Source: Octopus bimaculoides
Lineage: Eukaryota
Assembly (NCBI RefSeq): GCF_001194135.2
Contig: NC_068996.1
Coordinates: 11,846,848 to 11,879,764 of the forward strand
DNA: 32,917 nt
Direction: 5' to 3'
Shown: positions 11,278 to 23,597 of the stretch, piece by piece
How the letters are laid out: every line of letters begins with the position of its first letter
Position numbering within the stretch: position 1 is the stretch's first letter
Program-made: the position numbers and the translations under genes
Notes under the pieces: model-generated
What the model was told of the DNA's origin: nothing
Databases searched by the model: none
What the model saw: only the letters and a program-made list of their open reading frames with translations

Positions 11278-11553
11278 CTGGCATTCCCTTAGTTACAACA
11301 CCTGTGTTCCAGTTGATCTGATCAATGAAACAACCTCATTCTGAGATTAACGTGCAACTAGTTTTCAAGGAGATTCAGTGCGATACACCATTGTGACAAT
11401 GCTGGCCCTTTGAATCACAGGTACAATTCATTTTGCCAGCCAGGTGAATTGGGGAAATGAAAAATAAACTGTCAAGGACACAAAGCGCCGCCGGGAATCG
11501 AACTTGCGATCTTATGATCGTGAGCCGAATACAGAAGCCACTAAGCCTTGCAC
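11278..11553 (-). mobile_element. tRNA-derived SINE, third family (CORE-like segment after the tRNA head)
   Basis: Minus strand: A box AGGCTTAGTGG, B box GTTCGATTCC (plus 11494-11503), followed by TGTGTCCTTGA. Confidence 0.7.
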
Positions 11554-12693
11554 TATTACCTAGAATTAATAAGGTAACAATAATTAATGCGTATCATGCT
11601 GTCTATCTATTGACTTCCTATTTCTTCTTATACCACGTATGGTTCCTTAACAAACATCAACTAAATATTCATGAGCACGTCCATTAGAGATGTTTATGAT
11701 ATAACCGGAACGTCAGCAGACTGTCGTGAAATTCTGACAACGATTGGAGAAAAACCGAAGCAATGAGCAATGATGTCATGCTATAGAGATAACGCGTACG
11801 TTGCACCGATACCTTTTATGAATGAATTATTACACAAGCCACAAAAACACGTTGTATACAAATGTCACGTTCAGCACACACAAAACAATGCATTAAAGAT
11901 TTGTAATTCCTCATTGGAAGCAATCAAAGTAAACTAAACACAATCAGATGAGAAAGAGTATATTTCATCTCTATCAAAGATGAAAACTGTTTGAAAAAGC
12001 TACGGATATTTGTGGAAAAGCCTGCATTCTCCTTGTAGAATTTAAACAAGCTAAGCTTGAATATAGTATTATAGAATTCATGTATTAAATTTGGTCAGCG
12101 CTATTTATGGGGCGAATACATTTTTCACGACAACAGGACACAGGAGTTACTTACGAAGTGATTAAGACACACAAAAAGCTGGTTATAGTATATTGATGAA
12201 AAAATACTTGCCACTTTTCTAAAACTCACTTGGTGACTTTGATACTATACATCGGAATATACATCTTCGAATTAGTGTGCGTGTACACAACTTCGGTTTC
12301 AATGTCAGCCAAAATACATTTTGAAGTGTGGCTGGCGTAAAAAGATATTGTGAAAATCACGCTCCTTTACAATGGACGTGTCTATTTTGTGACTAGTTTA
12401 CACCCATTATTGGTATCACCATTCTATACACATATATGTATGTGCGTATGTGTGTATATGTATTTACATGCATATGTATTTACATGCATATGTATGTGTG
12501 TATATATGTATATACATACATATGTATGAGTGTGTATGTATATACATATATATGTACATACATACACACATAAATACATACATACATACATACATACATA
12601 CATACATACATACATACATACACTGACATCTCATTTTAACAGATATATTTACCAAAATTATATAAAAATATCTTGAAATACTAAAGAGTAAAA

Positions 12694-13313
12694 TTATTCA
12701 ATAAAATCGCAATTGGCTCCAACCACGGTCTCCAAACGACTTCGGAATCTCTTCAACTATTCCGAACGGTCGCCTTATTTAAGCTGATGAACGCTGCCAT
12801 AATCCTTGCCTTCAGTTCCTCTTTGGTGTTACATGGAATTTTGCTGGTCTATCGCTCAATTGCGCCCCACACATAATAGTCAAGGGGGTTGCAGTGTGGA
12901 GAGTTGGGTGGTCAAATGCTAGGGATGATGTGGTCGCAGAAATTGCCCGACATCCATGACTGGTTTCTCCTGCTTGTGTGGCACGGTGCAGAGTCCTGTT
13001 GCCAGACATAGGGTCTTCCAGCAACCACCCTCTTGACCCAGGGCTTCACTACCTCCTCCAAGCACTTGATGTAAGCCTCCGTGTTGAGTTTGAGGTCGTG
13101 TGGGAAGATGAATGGAAGCATAACATTGTCATCACTAGTGATCACTCCAAACACCATTATGCTGACAGGATGTTTGATTTTTTTATCACTCTCGGTACAT
13201 GTCAACAGATTGACAACCAAACACTCTGAAATGTTCGTGTTGGAGGTTCCAGTGCGAATGCCAAACAGTACAGCATGTCGTTTCCAGATTTGTGGCAGAG
13301 TGAATTGCGTCAC
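12694..13313 (-). pseudogene. Internally deleted Tc1/mariner transposase, maT (DD37D) type
   Basis: ..KHPVSIMVFGVITSD..WQQDSAPCHTS..I*PPNSPHCNPLDYYVWG..RFRSRLETVVGANCDFIE*. D codons at 12993-12995 and 12879-12881 are 37 residues apart. Contains stops and a frameshift; the segment with the first catalytic D is missing. Confidence 0.9.
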
Positions 13314-13329
13314 GGTACTGTTCTTCACA

Positions 13330-13662
13330 CAGACTCCAGCCATGCTGGAGCAGCGCCTTGAAGAATTTTTAGTCGAATGAATCGACCCTAGTACTTATTT
13401 TTTAATCGCTCTTTCTTATCGAACTGTTAGGTGACAGGGATATTAAGATACCAACACCGGATGTCAAGTGATGGTGAGGTGACAGACACAGACACAAATA
13501 CACACATAGATATATATCTGTATAAATACGACGTTTTTCTTTCAGTTTCTGTCAACCAAATCCACTCACAAGGCTTTATGCGGGCTGGGATTATAGTAGA
13601 AGACACTTACCCAAGAGTTATGCTGCCGGACTGAACCCGCAACTAATCAATTGAGAAGCAAA
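13330..13662 (-). mobile_element. SINE family A copy, inserted just upstream of the maT transposase start
   Basis: Homology to 7281-7680; B box plus-strand ggactgaacc at ~13629. Confidence 0.85.
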
Positions 13663-13804
13663 TACAATTAGGTTACTGATTGCCTACTCATGACATTTTT
13701 GCATATTTCATCTGCAAATTATGACCATTATGACTTTTACGTACCATTAGGAGACCAAGTAGTTCAGTAAATATATTTACCCCTCATCCCTTCTGACTTG
13801 CTAT

Positions 13805-14027
13805 GGTTTGTGTGTATGTGTGTGTATGTGTGTGTGTATGCATGCATCACTATATGTTTGTATGTATGAATGTAGATGTGTATGCATGCATGTATGAATC
13901 CATATATGTATGTATGAATGTATGAATTTATGAATATATGAATGTATGTATGCATGTATGTATGTATGTATGTATGTATGTATGTATGTATACACATACA
14001 CACATACACACATACACACATACACAC
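13805..14027. repeat. Degenerate (TATG)n / (TACACA)n microsatellite
   Basis: Direct reading. Confidence 0.9.
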
Positions 14028-14028
14028 G

Positions 14029-14267
14029 TTTGAATGTGGTGTGTGCCAGAGGGTTTTCAAATCCAATGGGGGTCTTAAAAGACATGTTAGGATCCACAAT
14101 GAGCAGAACTTACTTGCAGGTATTGGTAGTGCAAATCAGAGGTGCAATCTGTGTGGGTGTTTTTTCAAAACACTGTCTGGTCTAAAAAGCCACATCAGAC
14201 GCCATGAAAGGGCTAAGGTGTAGGTGCAGGAGGTGGTCAAACTCTGTTTAAGGAGTAGACAACCACC
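14029..14267 (+). mobile_element. 5'-truncated LINE-like 3' end (probably RTE-type) encoding two C2H2 zinc fingers, with a short 3' UTR stem-loop and (TATG)n tail
   Basis: FECGVCQRVFKSNGGLKRHVRIH-15aa-CNLCGCFFKTLSGLKSHIRRHERAKV*, both C-x2-C-x12-H-x3-H. Stop at 14221-14223. GGTGGT(14232-37)/ACCACC(14262-67) hairpin, then (TATG)n immediately. Confidence 0.65.
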
Positions 14268-14555
14268 ATGTATGTATGTATGTATGTATGAATGTATGTA
14301 TGTATGTATGTATGTATGTATGTATGTATGCATGTATGTATGTGTGTATGTATGTATGTATGTATGAATGTATGTATGTATGTATGTATGTATGAATGAA
14401 TGTATGTATGAATGTATAAATGTATGTATGTATGTATGTAACTATGTATGCATGAATGTATGTATGTATGGATGTATGTATGTATGTATGAATATATGTA
14501 TGTATGTATGTATGCATGAATGTATGCATGAATGAATGTATGTATGTATGTATTT
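14268..14555. repeat. (TATG)n microsatellite
   Basis: Direct reading. Confidence 0.95.
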
Positions 14556-14629
14556 ATGCTAGCTAATAATATCCATTTAGCATTAAACTGAAGAATTGCT
14601 TCATACTTTTTAATTAACTTTTTCAAGGA

Positions 14630-14680
14630 AAGTCTGTCGCTGATTTCGAGGATTCGACACGGTCGCCTTCATCAGACTGT
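14630..14680 (-). ncRNA. Degenerate hammerhead-like motif
   Basis: Minus strand: ACAGU-CUGAUGA-AGG CGAC CGU GUCG AAU CCUC-GAAA-UCAGCGACAGACU. Confidence 0.35.
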
Positions 14681-15284
14681 CTGCCGTTTTCATGCAAATG
14701 TCTATAAGTATACACATGCAAACACGCACGCACACACACATACACACAAACACATACACACACGCATGCACAGACACACACACACACATATACACAAACA
14801 CATACACACACGCACGCACACACACACACACACACACATACATACATACATACATACATACGATCATATATACTTACACCCATATCTATATGAAACTATA
14901 TATAGATATAGACATATGTGTCTGGACATGTATGTATTTATGTGAGAAGGTGACATGACAGAATCTTTAGAACAGCGGATAGAGTTACAGTATTTCTTCA
15001 AGCTCTCCATGTTCTGAGTTCAGATCTCACTGATATCAATTTGCTTTCATCCATTCAAGATTCCAGCCAAGCACTGTGATCGATATCATTCAAATGCTGT
15101 GGTCGATACGTTTTTTTTCTCTATTTCTTCGTCCCCTTTTTTGCCGCCATCTTCTTTGTCTCTTTATCGCCTTCCCTCTGAATCTGCTACACCATATTAC
15201 GAAAAGGATCGCGGCTGAGCATTCAAGCAAATTTGTTTCCAAGAGTTGAAAAAGTCTAAGCGAGCGACAGACACAAAGATGTAA

Positions 15285-15500
15285 TTGGTTTCAAACTTTG
15301 GCCCAAGGTTGGCAATTTCAGGGAAAGGGCTAAGTTGTTTACATCGATCCCACCATTCAACTAGTACTTATTTCATCAATCCCGAAAGAAGGGAAGGCAA
15401 AGTCGACCTCAGTAGAATTTGAACCCAGAACGTAAAGACGGACGAAATGCCGCTAAGTATTTTGCCCGACGCGGTAACTATTCTGCCAGCTCTCCGCCGC
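15285..15500 (-). mobile_element. SINE family B copy
   Basis: Homology to other family B copies; B box GGGTTCAAATTC on minus. Confidence 0.85.
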
Positions 15501-15501
15501 C

Positions 15502-16181
<680 letters not shown>

Positions 16182-16249
<68 letters not shown>

Positions 16250-16279
16250 TGATGATGATGATGATGATGATGATAATAA
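16182..16279. repeat. (AAT)n(GAT)n microsatellite
   Basis: Direct reading. Confidence 0.97.
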
Positions 16280-16479
16280 GAGAACGCTAGCCTTGACAGC
16301 AGCTGGATGTGTTCTTCGCTGCGCTGACCAATTAGTAACCGAAAACACTGAAACACTAATATAACCCGGCAGAACAACTGGAAAACAACTTTCAAAAACT
16401 GGAATATCTACAATCTCCTGTGAGTATTTTTAAATCCCCCCCCCCCCCAGATAAGGTTAGAAACTTACATATCTACAAT

Positions 16480-16915
16480 TTTCTCGGGACGAACATACAA
16501 GCGATCATTTTTAAAAACTTTAAAAAAAACTTTAATATTTACAACTTCTGTGAATACCTATCCTTTCCTTTCTCCCTGAATATTCGAAAATGTAAACATA
16601 CTTCTTATTGTAAGAACTACAATAAGTTTTCTCTGTTACGACATACAAACGATCATCTTTAGAAAATTTTAAAACTTCAATATCTACAATTTTCTGTGAA
16701 AACTTTACACTTCTTTCCTTTCCCTTCTCCCTGAATATTCGAAAATGCTAACACAACATACTTTTCATTGCAAGATCACTACAGTTTTCTCTGTTCGTAT
16801 ATACAAACGATCATCTTTAGAAAATTAAAAACTTTAATATCTACAATTTTCTGTGAAAATTTTACTTTTTTTCTCCCTGACTATTCAAATATGTAAACAT
16901 ACCTTTTATTGCAAC
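16480..16915. repeat. ~150-bp tandem repeat, ~2.8 diverged copies
   Basis: catacaa.cgatcat.ttta units start at 16494, 16642 and 16800; each also has tctccctgaatattc..aatg. Confidence 0.85.
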
Positions 16916-17433
16916 AAATTAAGCACACGATAGAAATAAAGGAGATAAGTATCTGTCAATATATACAAACTGCACAATTACGAAAACTGTAAACTGCAGC
17001 AAAACCTATAGAAAGAAAAGAAAAATTCAAAAAATCCAAAAATTCAAGAGTTCAATGATGTAAACATCAGCATATATATATTATTATTTTTCTATCAGTA
17101 ATTAAAAACAGAGCGAGGTGAATTGGTTGTTTTCCAAGGCCAAATTCAGCGCTCTCATTGATCGCTAGTAGTAGTAAACACATTTGACCTCTGCTGACTG
17201 CAATGCTGAGACGCTTCTTTTGTCTTCTGATTGCACAGGAATGCGAAACCCCGTTGTTGATCTTCTTCTCACCATCTGCCGAACCTATTTATACACATGT
17301 GGAATTTGGTCTGTTCACCAAACTACTTCTCTTTCCTCTACTATCTCCTCCAACCCTCACATATTTATGATTATCACAAGTACAAGACAAAAATCAAAAC
17401 TAAACAACATTTAATAATACTACACAGTAGTAA

Positions 17434-17849
17434 GAGCAAAGATGGCATCTTAAGACGGTTACAATACCCATGATTGTAGGAGCACTTGGAATAATCAAAA
17501 AAGGAACTGAAAATTATTTAAGAATGATCCCTAGATTACCATCTATGCAGGAAGTGCAAAAGGTTGCATTAACTGGTAAGTCACACGGAATGAGAAGGGC
17601 ATTGGCGCTGTGAATTTTCTGTCCTTTTTGCCTTTTATTTTCTTTGTTTACTTTTATATTTTGTATTTTTTCCCTTTTTCTCTCTGCCCTTCTTCCCCTT
17701 TTCTTCTATCACATGACTTTGTAAATGAACAATCTCGTGTGATTATTTTAATGGCTACAAAAGTATTCAGTGCGTTTCTCTACCCTAGGTGTCAGGAAGG
17801 AACTCGGCAAAAAAAGGAAACATAATTGAAAGAAGTTGATAATGTAAGT
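17434..17849 (+). mobile_element. R4/Dong-like non-LTR retrotransposon, extreme 3' fragment plus 3' UTR
   Basis: EQRWHLKTVTIPMIVGALGIIKKG..SMQEVQKVALTGKSHGMRRALAL* (17434-17613). The 3' UTR is homologous to 20869-21090. Confidence 0.8.
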
Positions 17850-17963
17850 GATGATGATGATGATGATGATGATGATGAGGAGGAGGAGGAGGAGGAGGAG
17901 GAGGATGACGACGACGATGACGATGATGATGATGATGATGATGACGATGACGATGACGATAAC

Positions 17964-18017
<54 letters not shown>

Positions 18018-18029
18018 AATAAAAATAAC

Positions 18030-18078
<49 letters not shown>

Positions 18079-18094
18079 GTAATAATAATAATAA
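17850..18094. repeat. Compound (GAT)(GAG)(GAC)(AAT) microsatellite
   Basis: Direct reading; source of the poly-D/E/N in ORF 17826..18686. Confidence 0.97.
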
Positions 18095-18850
18095 AGTCCT
18101 ATATGCCAACAACAAAATGAGTCGTATATGCCAACAACAAAATGAGACCATCGATCATGTTGTCTCCATGTGCAGTCTGCTTGCGCCTACAGAGTATCTC
18201 AACAGGCATGATAGAGCTGCACAATATATTCACTGGGTAATTTGCAAAAACCTGGACTTGCCCCATAATAAAAACTGGTGGGAACACAAACCACCCCCAG
18301 TACTTGAAAATGATCATATCGCACTCCTCTGGAACTTCACCATTCAAACTGACAGAAAGATAGATGCAAATAGGCCAGACATCATACTGAAAGACTTCAG
18401 ACAAAAATCATGCCTCCTCATTGATATGACTGTCCCAATCGATATAAACGTATCTGTCAAGACCTACCAAAAACTGAGCAAATATAAAGATCTTGAAATA
18501 GAAATTAGCAAAATGTGGAATCTGAAGACGAAAACAATACCTATTGTCATAGGTGCCCTGGGAATGACAGCGAAACGGGCTGATTACTACGTAGCTCAGA
18601 TACCAGGAAACCCCAAAATGGCTGAAGTTCAAAAGATAGTGCTCATGGGAACTTCCCATATCCTACGTAAAATACTCTCTAGGTGAACTCAAATTTTAAA
18701 ACAAACACATAATTTTCTTATGGTTTCTTAAACATTCTCTAGAACAACACTGTACAAATCCAAATATATGGTACCCTTGGCATAACACCTACATGAACTT
18801 CTAACTTGTCTCTTGAGGTCTCTGTGTGATCCAACTTGTACAAATAACGA
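18095..18850 (+). mobile_element. R4/Dong-like retrotransposon 3' fragment with CCHC knuckle and RLE endonuclease; reading frame open
   Basis: RICQQQNETIDHVVSMC..RHD..NRPDIIL..LLIDMTVP..KLSKYKDL..IPIVIGALG..QKIVLMGTSHILRKIL; 188 codons open from 18120 to the stop at 18684-18686. Confidence 0.92.
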
Positions 18851-18854
18851 AGAA

Positions 18855-19762
18855 AGTTTCTTGAGAGCTGCTAGAGTCACAGCAAAACATAGGGAAATCC
18901 TAACACCAAAGGAACTTAAAAACCAGAAAAAAGAACAGAGATTATCTGACTGGTAAGAGAAGGCGTTGGATGGTAGATTCCCAAAGATAGTCTCAGCTAA
19001 TTATAGTAGTGAGACATAGTTATGGTTACAGAGAGGAAAGCTGAAAAGGGAGACAGAGCGTTTGTTAGTAAGACCATGCATTAAGGCCTAAGTGGATAAA
19101 AGCCAAGACAGACAAAAACCAAGTAGATTCTCTATGTAGACTATTCAAATCAAAAGAGGAAAGCATTACTCATGTAGTAAGTGAATGTAGCATGCTGCCA
19201 CAGAAACAATACAAGAAAAGACAGGACAACCTAGGTAGAGCAATCCTTGGGAGTTATGTAGAATGCGAGGACTTGAACATACTGATAAATGGTATAATCA
19301 TGAACCTAGTAAAGTACTTGAAAATAAGAAATACAAGATGTTGTGGGAATTTATACTGACAGAGTAATAGAAGCTAGAAGGCCTAATTTGGTAGTAGTAG
19401 ATAAAGAGAATAGAAAGTGCCAGATAATTGACTTTACAGTTACAAATTATGAAAAAATCAATATGAGAGGCATACAAAAATATAGCAAAGTACCAGGATC
19501 TAGCCATTGAATTAGAGAGACTATGGAAAGTGTGGGTAAAATGTATCCCAGTAGTTATAGGTGCTTTGGGAACTATCCCTAAAAGTTTGAACAGATGGAT
19601 AAAGGAAATAGACATTAAACCCAGTTTAGTACAGATCCAGAAAACTGTGTTATTAGGGACAGCTAGGATACTTAGGAGGGTTCTTGGCATCTAAAGTTAC
19701 TTGTTGTAGCCCGATGTTAGGATTTGTTCTTTTCCAATAGTCTAATCTTTTGAGTGTATATA
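18855..19762 (+). mobile_element. Second R4/Dong-like family, decayed 3' fragment (post-RT region, knuckle, RLE, 3' UTR)
   Basis: WLQRGKLKRETE..CRLFKSKEESITHVVSEC..ARRPNLVVVDK..IIDF..KYQDLAIE..IPVVIGALG..QKTVLLGTARILRRVLGI* (stop 19692-19694); several stops and frameshifts. Confidence 0.9.
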
Positions 19763-19938
<176 letters not shown>

Positions 19939-19947
19939 AATACAGAA

Positions 19948-20550
19948 TTAACTTCATGTGGAAAATTATTGGCGAAGGTTAACATGAAGAGAGGAATATT
20001 TCAAGGAAATAATGTATCCCCATTGCTATTTGTGAGTTGTATAATAACCCTTACACAGATACAATGGAAAGTGACGTCACGGTACACCTTCAAAAGTGGT
20101 GGAAAATTAAATCATGTTATATATGGATGGCTTTAAAATCTTTGGGAAGACCGAACGTGAAATAAATGGCCTAGTTTCAACAGTGCAGATATTCACTAAG
20201 GATATTGGAATGGAATTTTGGACTAAAAAGTGTGGTATGCTCATATTACAAAAAGGTAAAGTTGTATCGTGTAATGGTGTATAACTACCTAACAGCGAAA
20301 AAATCAAGGATATTGAGGCTAATGAATATAAGTATCTGGGCATTTTGGAATATGACAAAATCAAGGAAAGAGAAATGAGGGAAAACTTTTGGTGAGAATA
20401 TCTCAGAAGAGCCAAATCAGTTATGAGAAGTATGCCCAATGGAAAAGACAAGATCAGAGCAATGAACACATGGGCTGTTACCTTAAGGATATATGGCGTA
20501 ATTGTTGTTAGGAGGACAAAGAACGACCTTGCGGAAATATGTCAGAGAAA
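19948..20550 (+). mobile_element. Decayed reverse transcriptase domain of an R4-clade non-LTR element
   Basis: KRGIFQGNNVSPLLF..LYMDGFKIFGK (YMDD motif mutated)..DIGMEF/GLKKC..YKYLGILE..RAMNTWAV; frameshifts and stops. Confidence 0.88.
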
Positions 20551-20777
20551 TCAGAATTGACATGACAGCAAAGCAAACCCCAAAAAACTGCTCTGTTGGG
20601 GACAGTTAGGATTTTGAGATTGGTACTTGTATATTGAATGTCTTCCACGATAATTAACAACTAAGTATCAAAGATTATAATGTGCGGAAAGAGAACCTGT
20701 GAGACTTCTGACAACAGGCTGCTGTCTGCTCTCACAGAATTTACCAAAGCAAACAAGATCGAGCGCTCAGAGTACTG

Positions 20778-21090
20778 AGGATGATCCCTGGCTTACCATC
20801 CATGCAGGAAGTGCAAGAAAATGTCTTTAATGGTACGTCACGTATTGAGAGGAGCATTGTTGCTATGAATTTTCCTTCCTCCCCACCCTTATTTTCTTTG
20901 TTTTCTTTTTCCATTTTTTCTTTCTTTCCTCTCTCTTGTCTGTCTTTCTTCCATTTTTTTTTCTATTACCTGACTTTGTAAATGAACAATCTGGTGTATT
21001 TTTTGTAATGGCCTACTAATGTATACAGTGAATCTTTTTCCTTTGGTGTTGTGAGAAGACACTTGGCAAGAAATGGAAAGAAAATTAGAA
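20778..21090 (+). mobile_element. R4/Dong-like extreme 3' fragment, same family as 17434-17849
   Basis: RMIPGLPSMQEVQ..GTSR..GALLL*, shared UTR (tgactttgtaaatgaacaatct..taatggc..), then (GAA)(GAT)(AAT) repeats. Confidence 0.8.
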
Positions 21091-21140
21091 GAAGAAGATG
21101 ATGATGATGATGATGATAATGATAATCATAATAATAATAA

Positions 21141-21345
21141 TGGCTTAAAATTTTGGCACATGGTCAGAAATTTCAGAGAAGGTTCTATGTCGATCACATC
21201 GACCCCAATTTTCAACTGGTATTTATTTTATCGACCACGAAAAGATGAAAGACAAAGTCAACCACGGCGGAATTTGAACTCAAAATATGAAGACGGAATG
21301 CCATTAAGCATTTAGCTTGACGAGCTAACGGTTCTGCCACTCCGC
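21141..21345 (-). mobile_element. SINE family B copy
   Basis: Homology to other family B copies. Confidence 0.8.
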
Positions 21346-22272
21346 TGTTTTTCATAAAGATGTAATTAATATGCTGCACATCGGCTCATAGTAGAACGGT
21401 GAGCAGCACAAATTGGAAGGGAACAATGCATGAAAATGAATACTTGTATTTGATTACGAGCATACGCGAGTATTTGTGCGCGCGCACATATGTGTCAAAT
21501 CTATAAAGAAATTCGGGTATATAAATTAAGAAAATGTGTTTTCGATACAAAAAGAAAAAAGAAAAAGAAAAAATCTTTAGTCATTTCTTTGTTCGCTTCT
21601 AAGTTTTCACTACGCGTTATTTTCGGGCAAATATATGCTTGCATGTGAAAATTACACGTGCGTCCCTTCTTGTGCATGCATGCGTGGGCGCGCGTGAGTG
21701 TAAAACTCTGTGTGTGCGTGCATGCGTGCGCTAAGTTGCTTGTGTGTGTGTGTGTGTACGTGCATGCTTACGCGAGCGTGCTTGTGTTTGTGCGCGCGTG
21801 TGTGTGTGAATGTGAGTGGTGTGAGTAGGTGTATGAACAATCACGTATACGTATATTCATATTTATGTGTGCGTGTGTGTGGGTGTACAACAAACAGCAT
21901 CTAATTACCCTATGATCCATACAGTAAGTTTCCGGTTTTTCATTTCAAGAAATTAAATCTGGCTCACACATAAAATCGCTTTACCGAACACGTAACATAT
22001 GTAAATTTTTTTTTTTTTTTTTAGAGAATCCACATAAAGCGGCTCCCAAGCAAAAGCAACTGGGGTAACAAAGGCAGTGTATAAAATTTTACAGTTATCT
22101 TAATTTTAATGTTATTAGGCTGAAGGAAAAGATAAATGAAATCTTAAGCATGACACGGAATGGTCGATAATCATTTACATACACAGGAATTGTATCAACA
22201 TTCGAATTAATAAACATATACATATGGGTGTGTGTGAGAGAGCGAGATTAGAGAGAGAGAGAGAGAGAGAGA

Positions 22273-22797
22273 NNNNNNNNNNNNNNNNNNNNNNNNNNNN
22301 NNNNNNNNNNNNNNNNNNNNNNNNNNNNNNNNNNNNNNNNNNNNNNNNNNNNNNNNNNNNNNNNNNNNNNNNNNNNNNNNNNNNNNNNNNNNNNNNNNNN
22401 NNNNNNNNNNNNNNNNNNNNNNNNNNNNNNNNNNNNNNNNNNNNNNNNNNNNNNNNNNNNNNNNNNNNNNNNNNNNNNNNNNNNNNNNNNNNNNNNNNNN
22501 NNNNNNNNNNNNNNNNNNNNNNNNNNNNNNNNNNNNNNNNNNNNNNNNNNNNNNNNNNNNNNNNNNNNNNNNNNNNNNNNNNNNNNNNNNNNNNNNNNNN
22601 NNNNNNNNNNNNNNNNNNNNNNNNNNNNNNNNNNNNNNNNNNNNNNNNNNNNNNNNNNNNNNNNNNNNNNNNNNNNNNNNNNNNNNNNNNNNNNNNNNNN
22701 NNNNNNNNNNNNNNNNNNNNNNNNNNNNNNNNNNNNNNNNNNNNNNNNNNNNNNNNNNNNNNNNNNNNNNNNNNNNNNNNNNNNNNNNNNNNNNNNN
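22273..22797. other. Assembly gap between (GA)n and (TA)n
   Basis: N-run. Confidence 0.99.
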
Positions 22798-22834
<37 letters not shown>

Positions 22835-23357
22835 GTATATATGTATGTGTGTCTTTGTATGTCTCGTTGTTCACCATTTCACCATGCATAAAGATTTATT
22901 ATTACATGGCCCATATTAGTACGGGTCACCAAATAGTCTTTTCACAGAAATTATAAATGAGACCATCGGCTTCTGTCGATTAATTTGAAAGTGTGCTTTT
23001 GGCTGAAGCGACATATGTCGGATCAATGTTGTCCTTGAATGCCTTGTACTAATCAACCGAGTATATTATGAACACATATGCCTCATAAAGAAGAAGCTGT
23101 CCTCTTGTAACGCACACAACAGTGATTAGCATATTCATGTTCGAATCCGAAGAAGTATATTAAGCATAATTATGCAAGGCATCTTAAAAGATAAGATTCT
23201 TGAACATGTAGAGTGTAATGTTAGTGACACAGACAACTAGGATGGTTAGCTGATATTTTGCGATTCTCCGTTACTTTATATTTATAAATGTTTCTTTTTT
23301 TTTTTCCTCTGCGAAGCAATATAATAGATTAATTTTTCACTTGTATAATACTGATTT

Positions 23358-23533
23358 CAGTATTTCTGCCCGAAGCAGCAATTCCAGTGTTCAACTGGTA
23401 CTTATTCTATGGACTCCGAAAAGACGAAATGCGAAGTCGACCGCGGCATAATTCGAACACAAAACATAAAAAGGTACGAAATGCGACTAAGCATTCTGCT
23501 TAGCATGTTAACGATTCAGACAGATCACCACCT
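23358..23533 (-). mobile_element. SINE family B copy (diverged)
   Basis: caactggtacttatt..cgaaaagacgaaatgcgaagtcgacc..gaaatgcgactaagcatt. Confidence 0.75.
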
Positions 23534-23597
23534 TAGCTACTTGAGTAATAAATATATAATTTAATTGCAATGTAAATTTAATTACAATACAATACGT

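Noticed and set aside
13942-14223. Host C2H2 zinc-finger gene exon
   Set aside because: No splice acceptor upstream (it abuts the microsatellite), no TGEKP linker, and the stop is followed by a hairpin plus repeat tail; a LINE 3' end fits better
16480-16915. CRISPR-like array
   Set aside because: Eukaryotic context; the whole ~150-bp units are homologous, with no unique spacers
22025-22064. Possible 40-nt exon (poly-T+AG acceptor, GTAACA donor)
   Set aside because: Weak donor, no recognisable peptide and no partner exons; would need RNA-seq
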